Shown piece by piece: positions 26,102 to 39,300 of a stretch of DNA of 64,000 nt. The notes under the pieces were generated by a model, which saw only the letters and a list, made by a program, of their open reading frames with translations, was not told the origin of the DNA and did not search any database. The position numbers and the translations under genes were made by a program. Source of the DNA: Trichosphaerium sp. ATCC 40318 (taxonomy: Eukaryota; Protista; Tubulinea); the NCBI GenBank assembly GCA_038496445.1, contig JALMLS010000344.1, positions 310,001-374,000 on the forward strand. The letters are read 5' to 3'. The number at the start of each line of letters is the position of its first letter. Positions within the stretch are counted from its first letter, which is position 1.

Positions 26102-29087
26102 TTACATGTGTGGCTTAACCCGAGGAGCCTCTAGCGGATCATACCCATCGCCTTTGGGTCTTCTCTGTGATACATATGGTGAATAATAAGGAGCAAAGCA
26201 TTGATCTTTCGGATAACGCTAAAATTAAAAACTGTTAACAGGTCGTAAAATATTACGCGTTAGGCATCAGAAAATAGACGCTATCAGCTTCAAAAGAAGC
26301 TTATAAAAAAAAACCCGACTCATGAGTTTGGAAAACAAAAAAAAAAGTTGCGGCGAAGTACCTTAAACACAGGTTTCCCCGCTCCTGTGAATGTGACTTG
26401 TAAAATATACAAAAACTGCGGGTGTTGAGCTAAGAAGTCTGGTAATGTCTTTCTCGGCCCAGCGACGTCATTGGCGCCAACCAAATAATGCTTAACTTGT
26501 TGGCTATTTGCGCCGATGTAGGCAATACCGAATTGGCCAGGGTATTGCTCAGAGAACCTTTTCGTAATTAAAAAAAACTATATCCCAAAAAATCCAAAAA
26601 ACACGTGTTGGCAAACGCCACCAGTAATTTTTACAGAATGGTTATAAAACTTGTCTGTGATACGTTGTACCAAGATAGAAACGGTGGGAAAAAAAAAAAG
26701 AAATTCACTTTTTACGAAATGTACCTAATAACAAAAGTGCCAGGTACTTTTTGACCGTCTAACGAAGCACGAACAACATCACGTGACATAAAACCATAGA
26801 TAAGACCTTGTTGCCATAGACTACCAATATGACGCTTGTATCGCACAACATGAAGACATTTACCAAACCAAGCCCAAAACTGTTAAAAAAAAGAGAGTTG
26901 TAAGCACTATATCGTTTTAGAGCTGCACTGGATTTACCTTTTCAAAATCTCTGTTGGTTATTCTAGATTTGCTATCAAAGAAGCGCTCATTAATATATTT
27001 AAAGTCGTAGGCGTTTAGGTGGCGTTTAGGGTTCATTAAATCTTGCTTTGTTGCTCTCAAAAAGTGGCGCTAGCATAAAGTTATTAACTTTGACATGGTC
27101 GCGGTTACAGTAACAGCTGTAAAACTGTAGCGCGCAGAATACGTACTTGTAATGTATTGCATAATTGAGGCCAGGGAATTTCCAATTTTCCGTTAAAAGT
27201 GTCCTGAGAAAGTAAGTTAACAATACTCAAATTGACAGATTGCCACTATTTTCTGGTTTTGTTCTTACTTTTTTGAATAAAATTTGCATTGAATCCTCCC
27301 ATTGGGATTCGTTGGTTATCACAACGAATGGAAGACTTGGTAGACTCTCAATGGTAACCTAAATTTTGACACGCGTCAAAAAAAATCCCGTATGACATAC
27401 ACGAACTTACGTTTGCGACTTGACCTTGCTTGTTACGTAGGTGTACCAAAACTGAGAATTTCAATACAACAGATTGCTTTCTTGTACTCAAATTGAGTTT
27501 CAAAGGAAACTTTGCACACCTAAGCATTCATTAGCGCCAACATCCATCAAAAGAAATAAAAGTTCATTTGTCCCGTGTTTTTTTTTTGAACTTACTTTGA
27601 GTTGTCAAGATGCGCTTGATTATTTACGAGTTTATCTTTTTTTGCTGAACCTAAGTGTCAGTCAACGTGTTGAGGACTTTTGAATTGCAAAAAGGGACAA
27701 ACAAATATCCCGTTTGAAAGTAAAATCAAGTGCTCACCGTGGTTACCATCACTAACCAGTGATGCTTTTACTGGACCAACATTCACTATATCTACGTTCG
27801 ATCCAGTAAGCATTTGTACAACCAAGGAATCATCAGGTAATGTACACCCACTAGATGTCATTAGAAATTAATAAAAACAGAATTCTTCTTTTAGATCTAT
27901 CTTACTTCTTGAACACCTCAGGGAAGGGTTGTTTTGTGACAATAAGTGAGCAATAGCAGTTATTCATATTACCATTAACAAGGCTCTGGAGTAAGCGTCA
28001 ACATATGTAATAGAGACAGTCACTAAAAAACAAAAGAAAATCTCACCTGTAATTCGTGATAGAGTAGTTCTAACTGTTTGAGTTGAATTTGTAAATCCTG
28101 ATGTAGGTTGAACAACATCTGTAAATCACGTGGTGATAATATAATATCTCTATTGAGAACCTGTAATTTTTGAAGTTCTTGGTCAATCTGAGATTTTAGT
28201 CGATGTTGTAGCGCAAGCATCGAGTCGTAGCCTTTTTGAAAAAAAACGAGTTAGAACATCTTCCGTAATGGTTCAATTAATTATTTAAAAATAGCACGAG
28301 CATCTAACAATACTTGTTGTTGCAGTACAAGCTATTAGAAGTCGCACTGTGCTTATTATTTGAATGGGAATTTTTTTTGTTATTTTGGAAAGCGAGTAAA
28401 ATAAAAAAAAGTCTGCGGCTTTACATTATCAGTTACCTTGTTGAGAGGGGCTGTTTAGTAGCATTTTAAGTTGTTGCATCATAGTAGATAATAGGTGTGC
28501 TTGGTCTATGCAACTACGATGTATTTGTGCTATACATTCTGTTGGTGTGGTGGGTTCGCCATGAGACAGGCCATTCACATGCGCTATGATCTTGTTACTG
28601 AAATGTTTGGGTCGTTTAAGTAAACTTGTTGGTTTGAGGGTTTAAAAACATTAGAGTAGCCAATTGTGACTTTAACGAATCATAGAAAGAATTATGTACG
28701 CACTTCCAGAGTTTGTAACGAACAGAGCCCATTGTAACTGACCAATTTGTGGCGTCGCGTATTGGTTACCAACAGGGCTGCTTGGAAAAGAGATATTATT
28801 TGGCGATGGCTGTGGTGAGTGAGCTGGATGCATTCTCGTGATGGTATCAGGCGTTGATGGTTCCGTTGTCGATGGGCTCCAAGTGGCGCCTGGGCTCAAA
28901 ACTTGCTCAACAAAGTTATCCATACCGACTGGGTAATTCGTCATTACGACTCTACACCGAATTAGAACAAATTCTAGCTAAAAGCCTATTGTTTTAGGGT
29001 CTCGTACTCCTCTTGGCTTTGTGGTTGCGTTAGTACGTCCATTAGGCCGAGACCCCATTCAGAACTTTGCGCGAGGTTACTCATCAT
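26102..29087 (-). CDS. STAT transcription factor, Dictyostelium type (coiled coil, DNA-binding, linker, SH2, pTyr tail)
   Basis: LIVTKQPFP, PFVVITNESQWE, WPQLCNTLQ, WAWFGKCL, WQQGLIYGFMSR, GTFVIRFSE, VKHYLV and C-terminal GYDPL phosphosite-like motif. Confidence 0.93.
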
Positions 29088-29307
29088 TTCAAGAGTATAG
29101 TACTGTATTAAGTATATACAGCTGCGTGTAATAGTCAGTTGGTTGGTAAAAAATAGCGTTAAACGTGTAATTGCCGTTTGTCTTTTGGCTAGTATTTTCT
29201 CGCAAGCTGTCAAATTTTCTATTATTTTGGTATTGTCAAAAAACCAGACAAAGCAAGTTCCAACCAGTTTACTTACAACTGGTACAAAGCGAACTTCTGT
29301 CAAATTA
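29088..29307. promoter_or_regulatory. Probable bidirectional promoter between the STAT and FKBP15 genes
   Basis: Divergent start codons 220 bp apart. Confidence 0.5.
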
Positions 29308-32300
29308 ATGTCTCGTGGCCTATTCGACGACGACGACGATTTTAGCGTAGGAGCCTCTGACGGCTTTGGAACGTACGTTTTTTTCAAAATGGTGGCATTT
29401 GCGCGTGGTTTTAGTGAGTTGGAACCTTTTCAAACGAATTTTCAAGTGCCAGCTCAAAACCTTTCAATTCTCGAAAATTTGGTGTGACCGTTGTTTTTAC
29501 AATGTTTTCTATGCGTAGAACTACGCTTGAAAGTGAAAAAGGTGTAAAACATTTCTGTATTGTACTTGCCAATCATTAAAAAATTTTAACCTCAGGAGAT
29601 CGTCTAAACTTCACGGTATGTTCGACGACGGTCCTACCGGTGGCAACGAGTCCCTACAATGGACTGGAAAGAAAAGTAGAAGATCAAGTGAAGCAAAAGG
29701 ATCTTCACCTCAAATGGCGTGTCTACATGCAGCCACTGGCGTTGATTTGTTCAGATAGTACGATTGTCAACCATTTTGTTTACAAATCAACTCTTACATT
29801 TTATTTAGTGACAAAGCCACGCAAAAATACTCTCCAATTGGGAAAGTAGGCGCAGCAATTTTGGGTAACACAAGCGCAGGCCGTTATCAATTACTTGTTT
29901 ACAAAAGTGCCAAAGACCACATTACACTCGTAGAGCTGAGCCCTAACTTTAAATACACGGTATGAAAGTGTCTCTACAACAAAAAAAAATGCTTCAGTAA
30001 GTGACTTCTGTTTACAGGTACAGAAATCGAGCGGTTCGCGACCTTTTGGCGCTTTTATGGATCGGGAGAAACAAAACTGGAGTATTAATTTCGCCAATGA
30101 AGATCAGTCTGATCAATTCGCTATGCATTTGGCTGGTGCACTATGTTTATGTAGTGGAGGTACGCTAAACAAAAGAGTCATTCTACAACTTACCAACATC
30201 GTTTTCTTTTGACACTTATATGATCTGACGTCATAAATAGGCACCAAACTTGTAAAAATCGTTCTTGAAGATCCAAAGGGTCCATCTGTAAGTGAAGGTG
30301 ATTCTGTTGGTGTATACTACTCTGGATACGTTGGTACAACGGGAAAATTGGGTACACCATTCGATACAAACGTTGGTACGCACTAGTTTTGTTATAGTTT
30401 AATGAATTCCTTTTGCCAAAAGAATTTGTTTATCGTTCGGTTTTTTTGACACGTGGTAGGAAAGAAGGTTTTCCGTGTTGATTTGGGAAAAGGAAAGGTT
30501 ATTAAAGGATGGGATCAAGGTACTAAATTATAAGCTACGCAAGACATGCATTACTGATTTTTTGGGTTTTCTTAGGTCTAGTCGATTCTAGTAAGGGTAC
30601 ACGCTTTGTTTTAGGTATTCCTCCATCTCTTGGTACGTTACTTTATATTTATAAATAAGCAAGAGATTATTCTAATCGTCGTTGTAGGTTATGGAAAGCA
30701 AGGCATAGCAAATAAAATACCAGGCAACGCCGTGTTAGTATTTAAAGTAAAGGTATAGTTTTGTTTGATTCTTTATTATTTTTTTTTCACCCCACTCATT
30801 TACTTGGAAGGTTGCAAAAGTCAAGATAAGAAGTGCAAGTGCAAGCGCTCATGAGGAACCACAAGCACCGCTTCCAGTCCTACCTGCCAGAGAAGAGGTC
30901 CAATATTTTAACTATGTTTTTATTTATTTCTGACATCCTTACAGCCAATTGTCGCTGATGAAAGCAGTGCTTCTTCTAAAGTTATAAGCCGACTGAAAGG
31001 ATTAGCAGAACCTACGCCTCTAGTACAAGCCGGTGAATTCGAAAATAGAGATCCACGTGTTCAACAACAACAACACCAAAATCAACAGCAGATGGGTACT
31101 GGTGTTGGTGGCGGTATGCAAAACCAATACGGTATGCAAGGTAATCAGTATAATCAACAACAAATGGGTATGCAAAATCAAAGACAGCAATTCAATGCCC
31201 AAGGACAACCATACAACCAGCAAGGTCAATTTAATAACCAACAATTGGCTTTGGCAAGACCAATGACAAACGCCTACGGTCAACCTCAACCTCAACCCCA
31301 GCTAAACGCATATGGTCAACCAGTTATTCCACAACAACCACCTGCACCTACAAGTATATACGGTGTGACACCAGTAGGAGCCAGCCCTCAGTATGGTAAT
31401 GGTGTACAACCACAAGCAGCAGCACAACCATCAGTTGATTCTACAAGTGTTGTTGTACTTCAAACAGGTCAAAAAGGTAAGTCAGCGGAATAACAAGTTA
31501 GTGAAAAGACTAACGATTTTGTGTTTGTTCAGGTATTGCTGATAGAGTCGATTTGGTGTACAGTCGCTTAGAGAAACTGTCCAATAAATTTGAAGACAAC
31601 TTCTTTACAGGTACTATTGAATCAATTTGTTTGATATTCTTTGTCAATGATTCTCACCATTTCTAGGACGTGATACTAGTGGTGTATCAGCCAAGGTTCT
31701 TGTACAAACAATACAACGTATTGTGAATGAGAACAATAGATATGTTGATGAGCTTGAAGAAAAGAACAAACGTATTGATGTTCTTCGCGAGAAAATCTCA
31801 TTATTGAACGAAAGTAAACAAAGGTATGTTTTCACAGTGTATTGTATTGTATGTAATATAACATGTTATGTAGAGTAATGGATGAATCAACACGAAGTAT
31901 TGAAAACTCAAACAAGAGCGCACAAGGCAGTATTCGTCAACTTGAAGTATTGCGTGAAGAAAAGACTAAATTAGAGATGGAATTGAATTCTACAGCAGGC
32001 GCTTTGAGTACTGCTAATAGACAGTTCCAAACATTACAGAGGTCTTATAATACATTATCCAATGAACTTGGTATTGTAAAGACACAACATGAGAAAGACC
32101 TGCAAGAAATTGTGACACTCAAGGTAAGTCCTCTACGGGTTTTTGGTTCAAAAAACATTGAGCAATTAAGATACAAGTGATCTGATTTTTGTGTTAGGCC
32201 GAGGCTGCTACCAGCGATTCTGAAGTAAGCATGTGGAAGGTGAAGTTTAGAGAAGGTAGTGACTAGTTTTTAAATTATTTTTGAGTTGACTGTGAGTAGT

Positions 32301-35014
32301 TGAGAGCTCCAAGAAGGCAATTGAAACACAACGTGATACTTTGGAAGAAAAATCTGATCTTTTGGCTCAACAACTTGCTGCAAGGTACTGAGCTATTAAC
32401 ATTATATGGTTTGTGGTTTATTTATTTGTATGTATAGTCGCGAAAGCTTCAAAACACAAGTGGCACAACACAAAGGTGGGTTCGAAGAAGAGCGTACCTT
32501 TATGGAGACACAAATCAAAGAACTTCAAGGCAAAATCAGAGCTCAAAGGTAAGATAATTTTTTACGGTGTTCTTTTCTCATTTTTCGGTTTAGGAAGAAC
32601 CTCAAGGCTCAAGTTCAAGAACAATTGGATAATCAAGAAACCGAACTCCAAGAGAAATTCGAGGATGACCTCAAGAATCAAGAACTAGCATTGAAGAAGT
32701 ACTCCTTTTTTTTTTTTTCTACTCGCTCTTTGTTGTTTTGTAACATTATTTTTCTAGGGCCTTTGCTGCTAAACTTAAAAAGCAAATCGCAACTGCTGTT
32801 GAAACTGCTCTAGCGGGCGCACCTAGTGAGGATGAGTTCAATACTCTTACAAATGATAATGTTAAGCTCAATGCTCTCGCTAAGCGACTTAAATCACAAA
32901 TTACACAACTTACTGATGAAAACGAAGACCTTAAAGAAAATAACCAACCAACGTACGTGATGACGCGCCATTTAACGATTATATATCCTTATACATGTCA
33001 TTAGTGTTGTTACTACTTCTGGTATGGATAGCGAGACAGTACAAGCCACAATCAAGAAGGTATAGTATTCTCATTTTTTTTCTATTTTACAAATTACTAA
33101 AATCTGCTTTTTTTTGTAGATCCTCAACGGTTGCTTTATGCAAATGCGTGAAACATTCGATGGTGAAGAAAATTACGAAGGCACAGAAGTGCTCTCTTCA
33201 TGCAGAAACATTATTGTTCAAACTACACTAAACGTGCGGCTGAAGTCTTTGATTCGACGAACAATCTCTTCTAATACTTTCGTTAGGCCTTGAAATCGTT
33301 ACAAGAGGATGCTGAAGACGAGGACGAAAGTGAAGACGAAGATGATGAAGTCAGTGATGAGGAGGATGATGTAGAGGATGACGAGCCTGAAGAACCTGAA
33401 GGTTTGTCTTTTGGAAAGAAAATAACACTCTAAATGTTGCTGTAGATACCACAGAGGATGTGGATGATACTGAAGATGAACCAGCTAAACCCGACGTGTC
33501 AACTACTGTTCTAGAACCGGAATACGAAGAACACGAGGAAGTAACTAAGAAAAGTTCGTAACCTTATTGTTTAATTGTAGACATTTTACTAACTATTATA
33601 TTTAGCGGAATCAAAACTATTCGATGATGACTCTGAAGACGAAATTGACGCAAGTGCGTACCCGTTTTTTTAAAATGATCCAGCGGAGAAGTAGGCGTTG
33701 TCACTCACTCGTTATAGCACCTGAACCAGCGGCCAGCACTATTGTTAACCCATTGATGGGACTTGGCGGCGATGATGCCGAAGACGAAGTTGAGGAGCCT
33801 GAACCTGAGATTGTGAATCCTCTGATGGACCTTGGCGGTGATGAACCAAAGGAAGATGCACCTGAAGAGTCAGAAAAACCTGAGGAACCAGAAGCTGAAG
33901 AAGAGATTACTAATCCACTAATGGCTACTGCTCCAATTGGCTCAGAACCAGAGGCCAAGAAAGGCGAAGACTTTGATTGGGACTCAACAGATGATGAAGA
34001 AGAGGTTGCTCCTGCTGCAGAGACTAAAGAGGCTCCAACTACTGTAGAGATTCTTGTAGATGCAGGTATGCAACGTAGATGTTAGATTCGCGTTTATTAT
34101 TTACAACAATCTTATTAGAACCAGAAGATACCGCTGCAGAAGGCGACAAAGACTCCCTGTTTGGTGATGATATTGAGTCTGAAGAAGATACCAAGGAAGA
34201 TGATCCTGCAGAAGATACTAAGGAAGATGAAGACAAAGAAGGCGATGATGAACCTGACGCTGAAGCTGATGCACCTGAAACAGATGAGAAGGCTGATGAA
34301 GACGACAAAGATGTTCTGTTCGGTGATGATACAGAGCCTGAAGAGCCTGCTGAGAAGGTCGAAGACACAAAGGCCGACGACACTGCCGATTTGTTTGAGG
34401 GAGATGACGATACACAAGAAGTTGAAGTCTCTGATCCTTTCGGAGTTGGTCAAACAGACGAACCTGAACCGGAGCCTGAACCGGAGCCTGAAGCCGAGCC
34501 TGAACCTGAAGTCAAAGCCGAGGATACTACACCTGTCATTGCTGATATTAATGAAGACGCTGAGTTTGATACACAAGCGCCAGAACCTGAAGAAACACCA
34601 GAACCTGAGCCAGAGGCAAAAGAAGATACACCAGGTAAGGAAAAACGAAAAGGCTAAAACATCGATTTTCTCGTTTTATTAATTTCGTTGTAGAACCTGA
34701 ACCAGAACCAGAGCCTGCAGCTACAGATGACGCTGGCATTTGGAGTGATGATGATGACACAGAAATTGTAGTAAAAAAGACACCAACAAAGAAGACTGAT
34801 GCGTTATTCAGCGATGATGACGATGATGTGCGTCTTTTCTTGTTTTTGATGGAGTCTGTTGTCTGACTGGTTCTTTGTTTAGGATACGGACCTGTTTGGT
34901 TCCAGTGATGCTCCTGCACCGTCTACTAGTAATACAGATGCAGCTGATGATGTTGACTTGTTATTCGGCGGAGAAGTCAAAAAGAGCGAAGAAGACGATA
35001 TCTTCAACGTCTAA
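29308..35014 (+). CDS. FKBP15: FKBP15/WAFL-like protein: WH1-like domain, FKBP domain, Gln-rich region, coiled coil, long acidic tail
   Basis: GKVGAAILGN..YQLLVY, FMDREKQNWSINF, GDSVGVYYSG..PFDTN, GKVIKGWDQGL, IPPSLGYG; coiled-coil exons; D/E-rich tail. Confidence 0.85.
34460..34510 (+). repeat. Coding low-complexity (EP)n repeat in the acidic tail
   Basis: gaacctgaaccggagcctgaaccggagcctgaagccgagcctgaacctgaa. Confidence 0.85.
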
Positions 35015-36317
35015 ACATGTTTTTTGACATTTTACCACTGAAAGAGAGTGTCTTAGCTGCAGAAACGAATGAAAAAGAGAGGATTTTTTTTTCTTATTCT
35101 AAAAACACGCTAATAATTGGGCTACTCCGTTGTCCTTCTCTTTTATTTTTTCTTTTTGTTTGTAAGCTCTCTCTTTGTATTTGTGTTTTATTTTTTGGCA
35201 CAATGAAGTGGATCACTTGTAATGTAGCAAATGAAGATATAAGTTTTAAAAAAGTATGTTCACCAAAAACAAGACTTTGTCCTTTTTTTTTCTTGGTGCT
35301 ATTTACAGTTACAAAATCGAGACTCTTGATGAGAATCCCGCTAGTGGCGTACTAAGGCGTGGCGAGCAGTTTCAACCCTTGCACTAAAATTGGTGTTGCA
35401 CTTTTGCGGAATTGGCGCCAATTCTTCTATTTTGCGACTATTTAGCTACAAAGGCAGAATATTGAATAACGGCGTTTGCGTTACGCTAGGTAAGCACCTC
35501 TCCTATTTCGACGAGAAATGACGCAACTCAAGAGCGCTGTGGAGGCGAACAAGAAATGCAACACGTTATTTCCATCTTTTGCTTTCTGATGTTCTGTGAG
35601 GCTATAGTAGCCATTGTGATGCAATTGCAGTGAAAAACAAACCAAACACCATTTGTTTTTTCACTTTTGGCTAGTGGTTATTGCACGGGGAGTATCAGGA
35701 GATACTTTAAAGCGCTCCAAACATTTACCACAATAAAAAACAATGAGATCCTTTGGGCTACAAAATCTGTTTGTTCCATGTTTGCTACCAAGAGCGGCGT
35801 CAAGCCTTCGGTACCAACAGCCGAGGGGGCAGCCAAAACCATGCTCTTCTAAATCATACACATAAAAACATTACATTACTCATTACCAATACCAATACAA
35901 ATAACATATAACATTCTCAATTACACTCCGAAGTGATAACTTAGTAGTATCGTTTCAAAAGGGCAACGACCCTGGCAGTCATAATAACAAACCAATAACC
36001 TTAAGTCACGGTACGCTGTACAGTGCAGGCTTAGGCTGTCAAGCCGTAGAGTTAAACTCTGGCCAGAGAACTTCGATACTAGGAAATTATCCAGCAGCGA
36101 ACTCTCTGACTGAGTTTGTTTTGATTAAAAATGTAATAGAACCTTAATATCCAAACAGGCAGAAATAGAATGTTTTGATGAACAGAATTGTTTTGTAAAT
36201 GGCCAAGTCAAGCTACCATCTTTCTGAAATGGTGGCAATAAGACTGGAGACAAAACCATGACGTAAGAATAGACAACTAAGTCAATGTGCTATCCGTATG
36301 TTGATGGTAAGTTTGAT

Positions 36318-39300
36318 TTATTTAGTGTACTCAAGAAGCCTACCCCTTACCTTTTCCAGCCACCCTTTCGCAAAAAAAATGAGTAAAAGCCAAATAAATG
36401 GTGCAAGAAAGAAAAAAGAATGTACCGGAAAGAAAGTCTTTAGATATTGAAGAACGTTTCCATGTTTTTTCATAAGAGTTCATTGTCTTTTTAAAATTTC
36501 TTGCTTCTTGAACAAGACCATCAGCGTCATTCTTGTAGTTCTCGAAATGAGAAACAAGCTTATCTAAGGCAACGCTTATAGGGCTATAATCGGTTGAAGC
36601 ATCATTTTCAGTGAAGTTCTTCAAACACTTCTTAATTGTATCGACGACTTGATCGAATCTCACTTTATCGAATTGACCTGGTTGTTGCTTCTTACAAATT
36701 TGTTTTTGTTGATTATATAACCATCCAATACACTAAAAATAAGTAATTCATTTAGTATCAGCCCAAGATGACAACATTAAACTAAAAGAAATAGACGAGG
36801 CTCGAAAACTAGGTATTTTTATAAAAATAAAGAGGATATTTGTCCACTTTGACTTTGTTTGGAAAACAAGCAGCTAGGAGCAGTATGTTGTAAAAACTTA
36901 ACAGTTGTATAAAATATGAATACCAATGAAGAAGAATCAAATAGAAATTGGAAGGTCACGTAGAAATGGGGCGAAAAAACCACCACACCATTCAGTGTTC
37001 ACCGTACTTGTAATAACAATCTAGGTGAGAAAAAGAGATGTCTATTTTCTCTAAGTTCTTGCCATGTAGGGTCTTCATAAACAACGAATCCTTCATCACT
37101 AAACAATGTATCTAAAGTAACGTATGCATCACCTAACATAAAGGTTAACTCAACACTTAAAAACATATGTGGAAACTCTTTGGACTTAATCAGCCTTAAC
37201 CCAATACTGGGTCTCAAAGTCACAGATATGCTTCAAACCATATCCCGTGTGATGAAGGGCGTAGGTAATAATAATTTCATCAACAAATCAAGCGTACCTT
37301 TAATTAAACCTGAACAAAACTTAGAACATTCGTAGATGTTAAAAGTGCAATCCCATTTTTTTCCAGAATTCTTTTCAGTAATTAAAGGCTTCGGTGTTGT
37401 ACTGAAAGATAACAAAGACTAAAAGAAAATACTGTAAGCATGCGACACAAGAGTAGTAAGTAAAAAATGACTAATCTTACCTTTAGACTTGGCGTATAGA
37501 CAGCAACATAATATGGTTTACCATCAGGTGTTTTGCTTGCACCAAGAAATAAAATATTATCATCTTTTTGTAGGACTTCCCAAGGAAATCCTACAACTTC
37601 TGATATACTTTTCTGTTTTGATATCTGTTCTTTAAGTAATAAAGTCTCTAAAATAAAATTGATAAGCAACACGAACTCAAGTTTGATCGCTTGGCTGAAC
37701 GCTTTCGCATTTTGACTAAAAAAGATTTTAAAAGTTTGGACTTTTTTCTTTCTCGATTTGGTCTAGAAACATCGAACACAATGATCAGGTTTAGTATCTT
37801 ACCACAGTGCTTTGATGAAACAAAAATTATAGGTGTAAATGCGTACTTGTTGGTTTAAATGAATCAACAGTCTGGCGTATTGAGAATAACCAATCTTCTA
37901 AGAATAAAACATGTTCTTCATGTAACTTGTCAGGCAAATCACAACTCTTTAACTCTTCTTCTATTTCCTTCTTAAATTCCTCGTGCTTCGTTTTAAGTTC
38001 TTCATGAGTAAATTTCCCTAAATGAACGTTAAGAACACTAGTGTCAACAAATCTGTATGCACCTGCTCTAATTTCTAGTAAAAACTTGCGATCTTGACTG
38101 TAATCGCCTGTTTCGTTAAACCACGTGCTGAATGATGGTGACATAGCTAACAGTGTTAATAAACTGAAGAAGGTTTGAAACACTGTACCTCTCTTAGCTA
38201 AGAAAAGAATTCTAAACATTATATACCTATGATTGTGGTTAAACCGCAAAAGTGCAGGGAAACTAAAGAATTTTGTTTATTTGTGTACCATCTCTTGTTT
38301 AGATTTTTTAATACTTCAGTTGCATCACTTTTATTTTCAATAGTACGAAGTGCTTTGAAGGATGTGAGTGTTTGGATAGTAAAATACATAGAAGGTGAGA
38401 ATATACCTGATTTGTTTAGTCTTTCAACCTTTCTCAGTCCTTTTGAGCCATGTATTTCACTCATGTACTTCTCGACAATTTGTTTGGTCATGAATTTTTT
38501 ACGATTACTGTATTGTAGTAAGTATTAGAAAAGTGAAAGATGACAAGTATTGTTGAAACACAATCAACGTACTTTTTAAGCTGTTGCCATTCAGTTGATT
38601 CGGCTACAGTTGCTTTAGGCATACTGTAAAGCATTTCGATGGTTCTGGCATCACCTTTAATGAGGAGTTGTAAGAACGACTCAATACCCTGGAAAACACC
38701 ATTAAATCTAAAATCTTCTCTATTGAATTTTTATGGAACACGAAAAAACTTACGTGGACTGTATAGTCAATGACGGCATCTGGGAGGTTTTTTCTGATTT
38801 GTTTAACTTCATCAATGGCTAGTATTTCTTTTACAGGGAAAAGTATAACTGCCTTTAGACAAAGAAAAAAATTAGCGAAGACATTTTGTTTTTTATTTTT
38901 TTGACAGGTGTCAAAATGAAATGTCATTTCTCTTACCAGAATATCAATATCAGATGTTGGAACTTCAAGATTATACGCTTTTGATCCATAAAAGCAACCA
39001 AATAAAACTTTTCCAAGTTTTGATGCAATATCTAGGAAAGTACTTCCTACAAGCGCAGGATCATCAATTTTTTTTTGAGTGAAAGAAAATGTATCGACTT
39101 TAGGTTTTTCCCTATTTCTCGTTAATACAAAAAAGACATACGCCAATTTTGGGTTTTTACCTGAATACATTACGCTCTTTTTTTGCTATCCTTTCTTTTT
39201 CTTGTTCTTCTAGTATATCAGCTTCTTTATGCATTAAACTACATAGTTTCTTTCCACAGTCAATGTCTATTTCATCACAATTGTGAGAGTTATTAACACA

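Noticed and set aside
33701-34919. Stack of long overlapping ORFs on both strands
   Set aside because: Caused by low-complexity Glu/Asp/Pro codons of the FKBP15 tail
35350-36260. Possible small Cys-containing gene on the minus strand
   Set aside because: Could not build a consistent exon chain or recognise a domain
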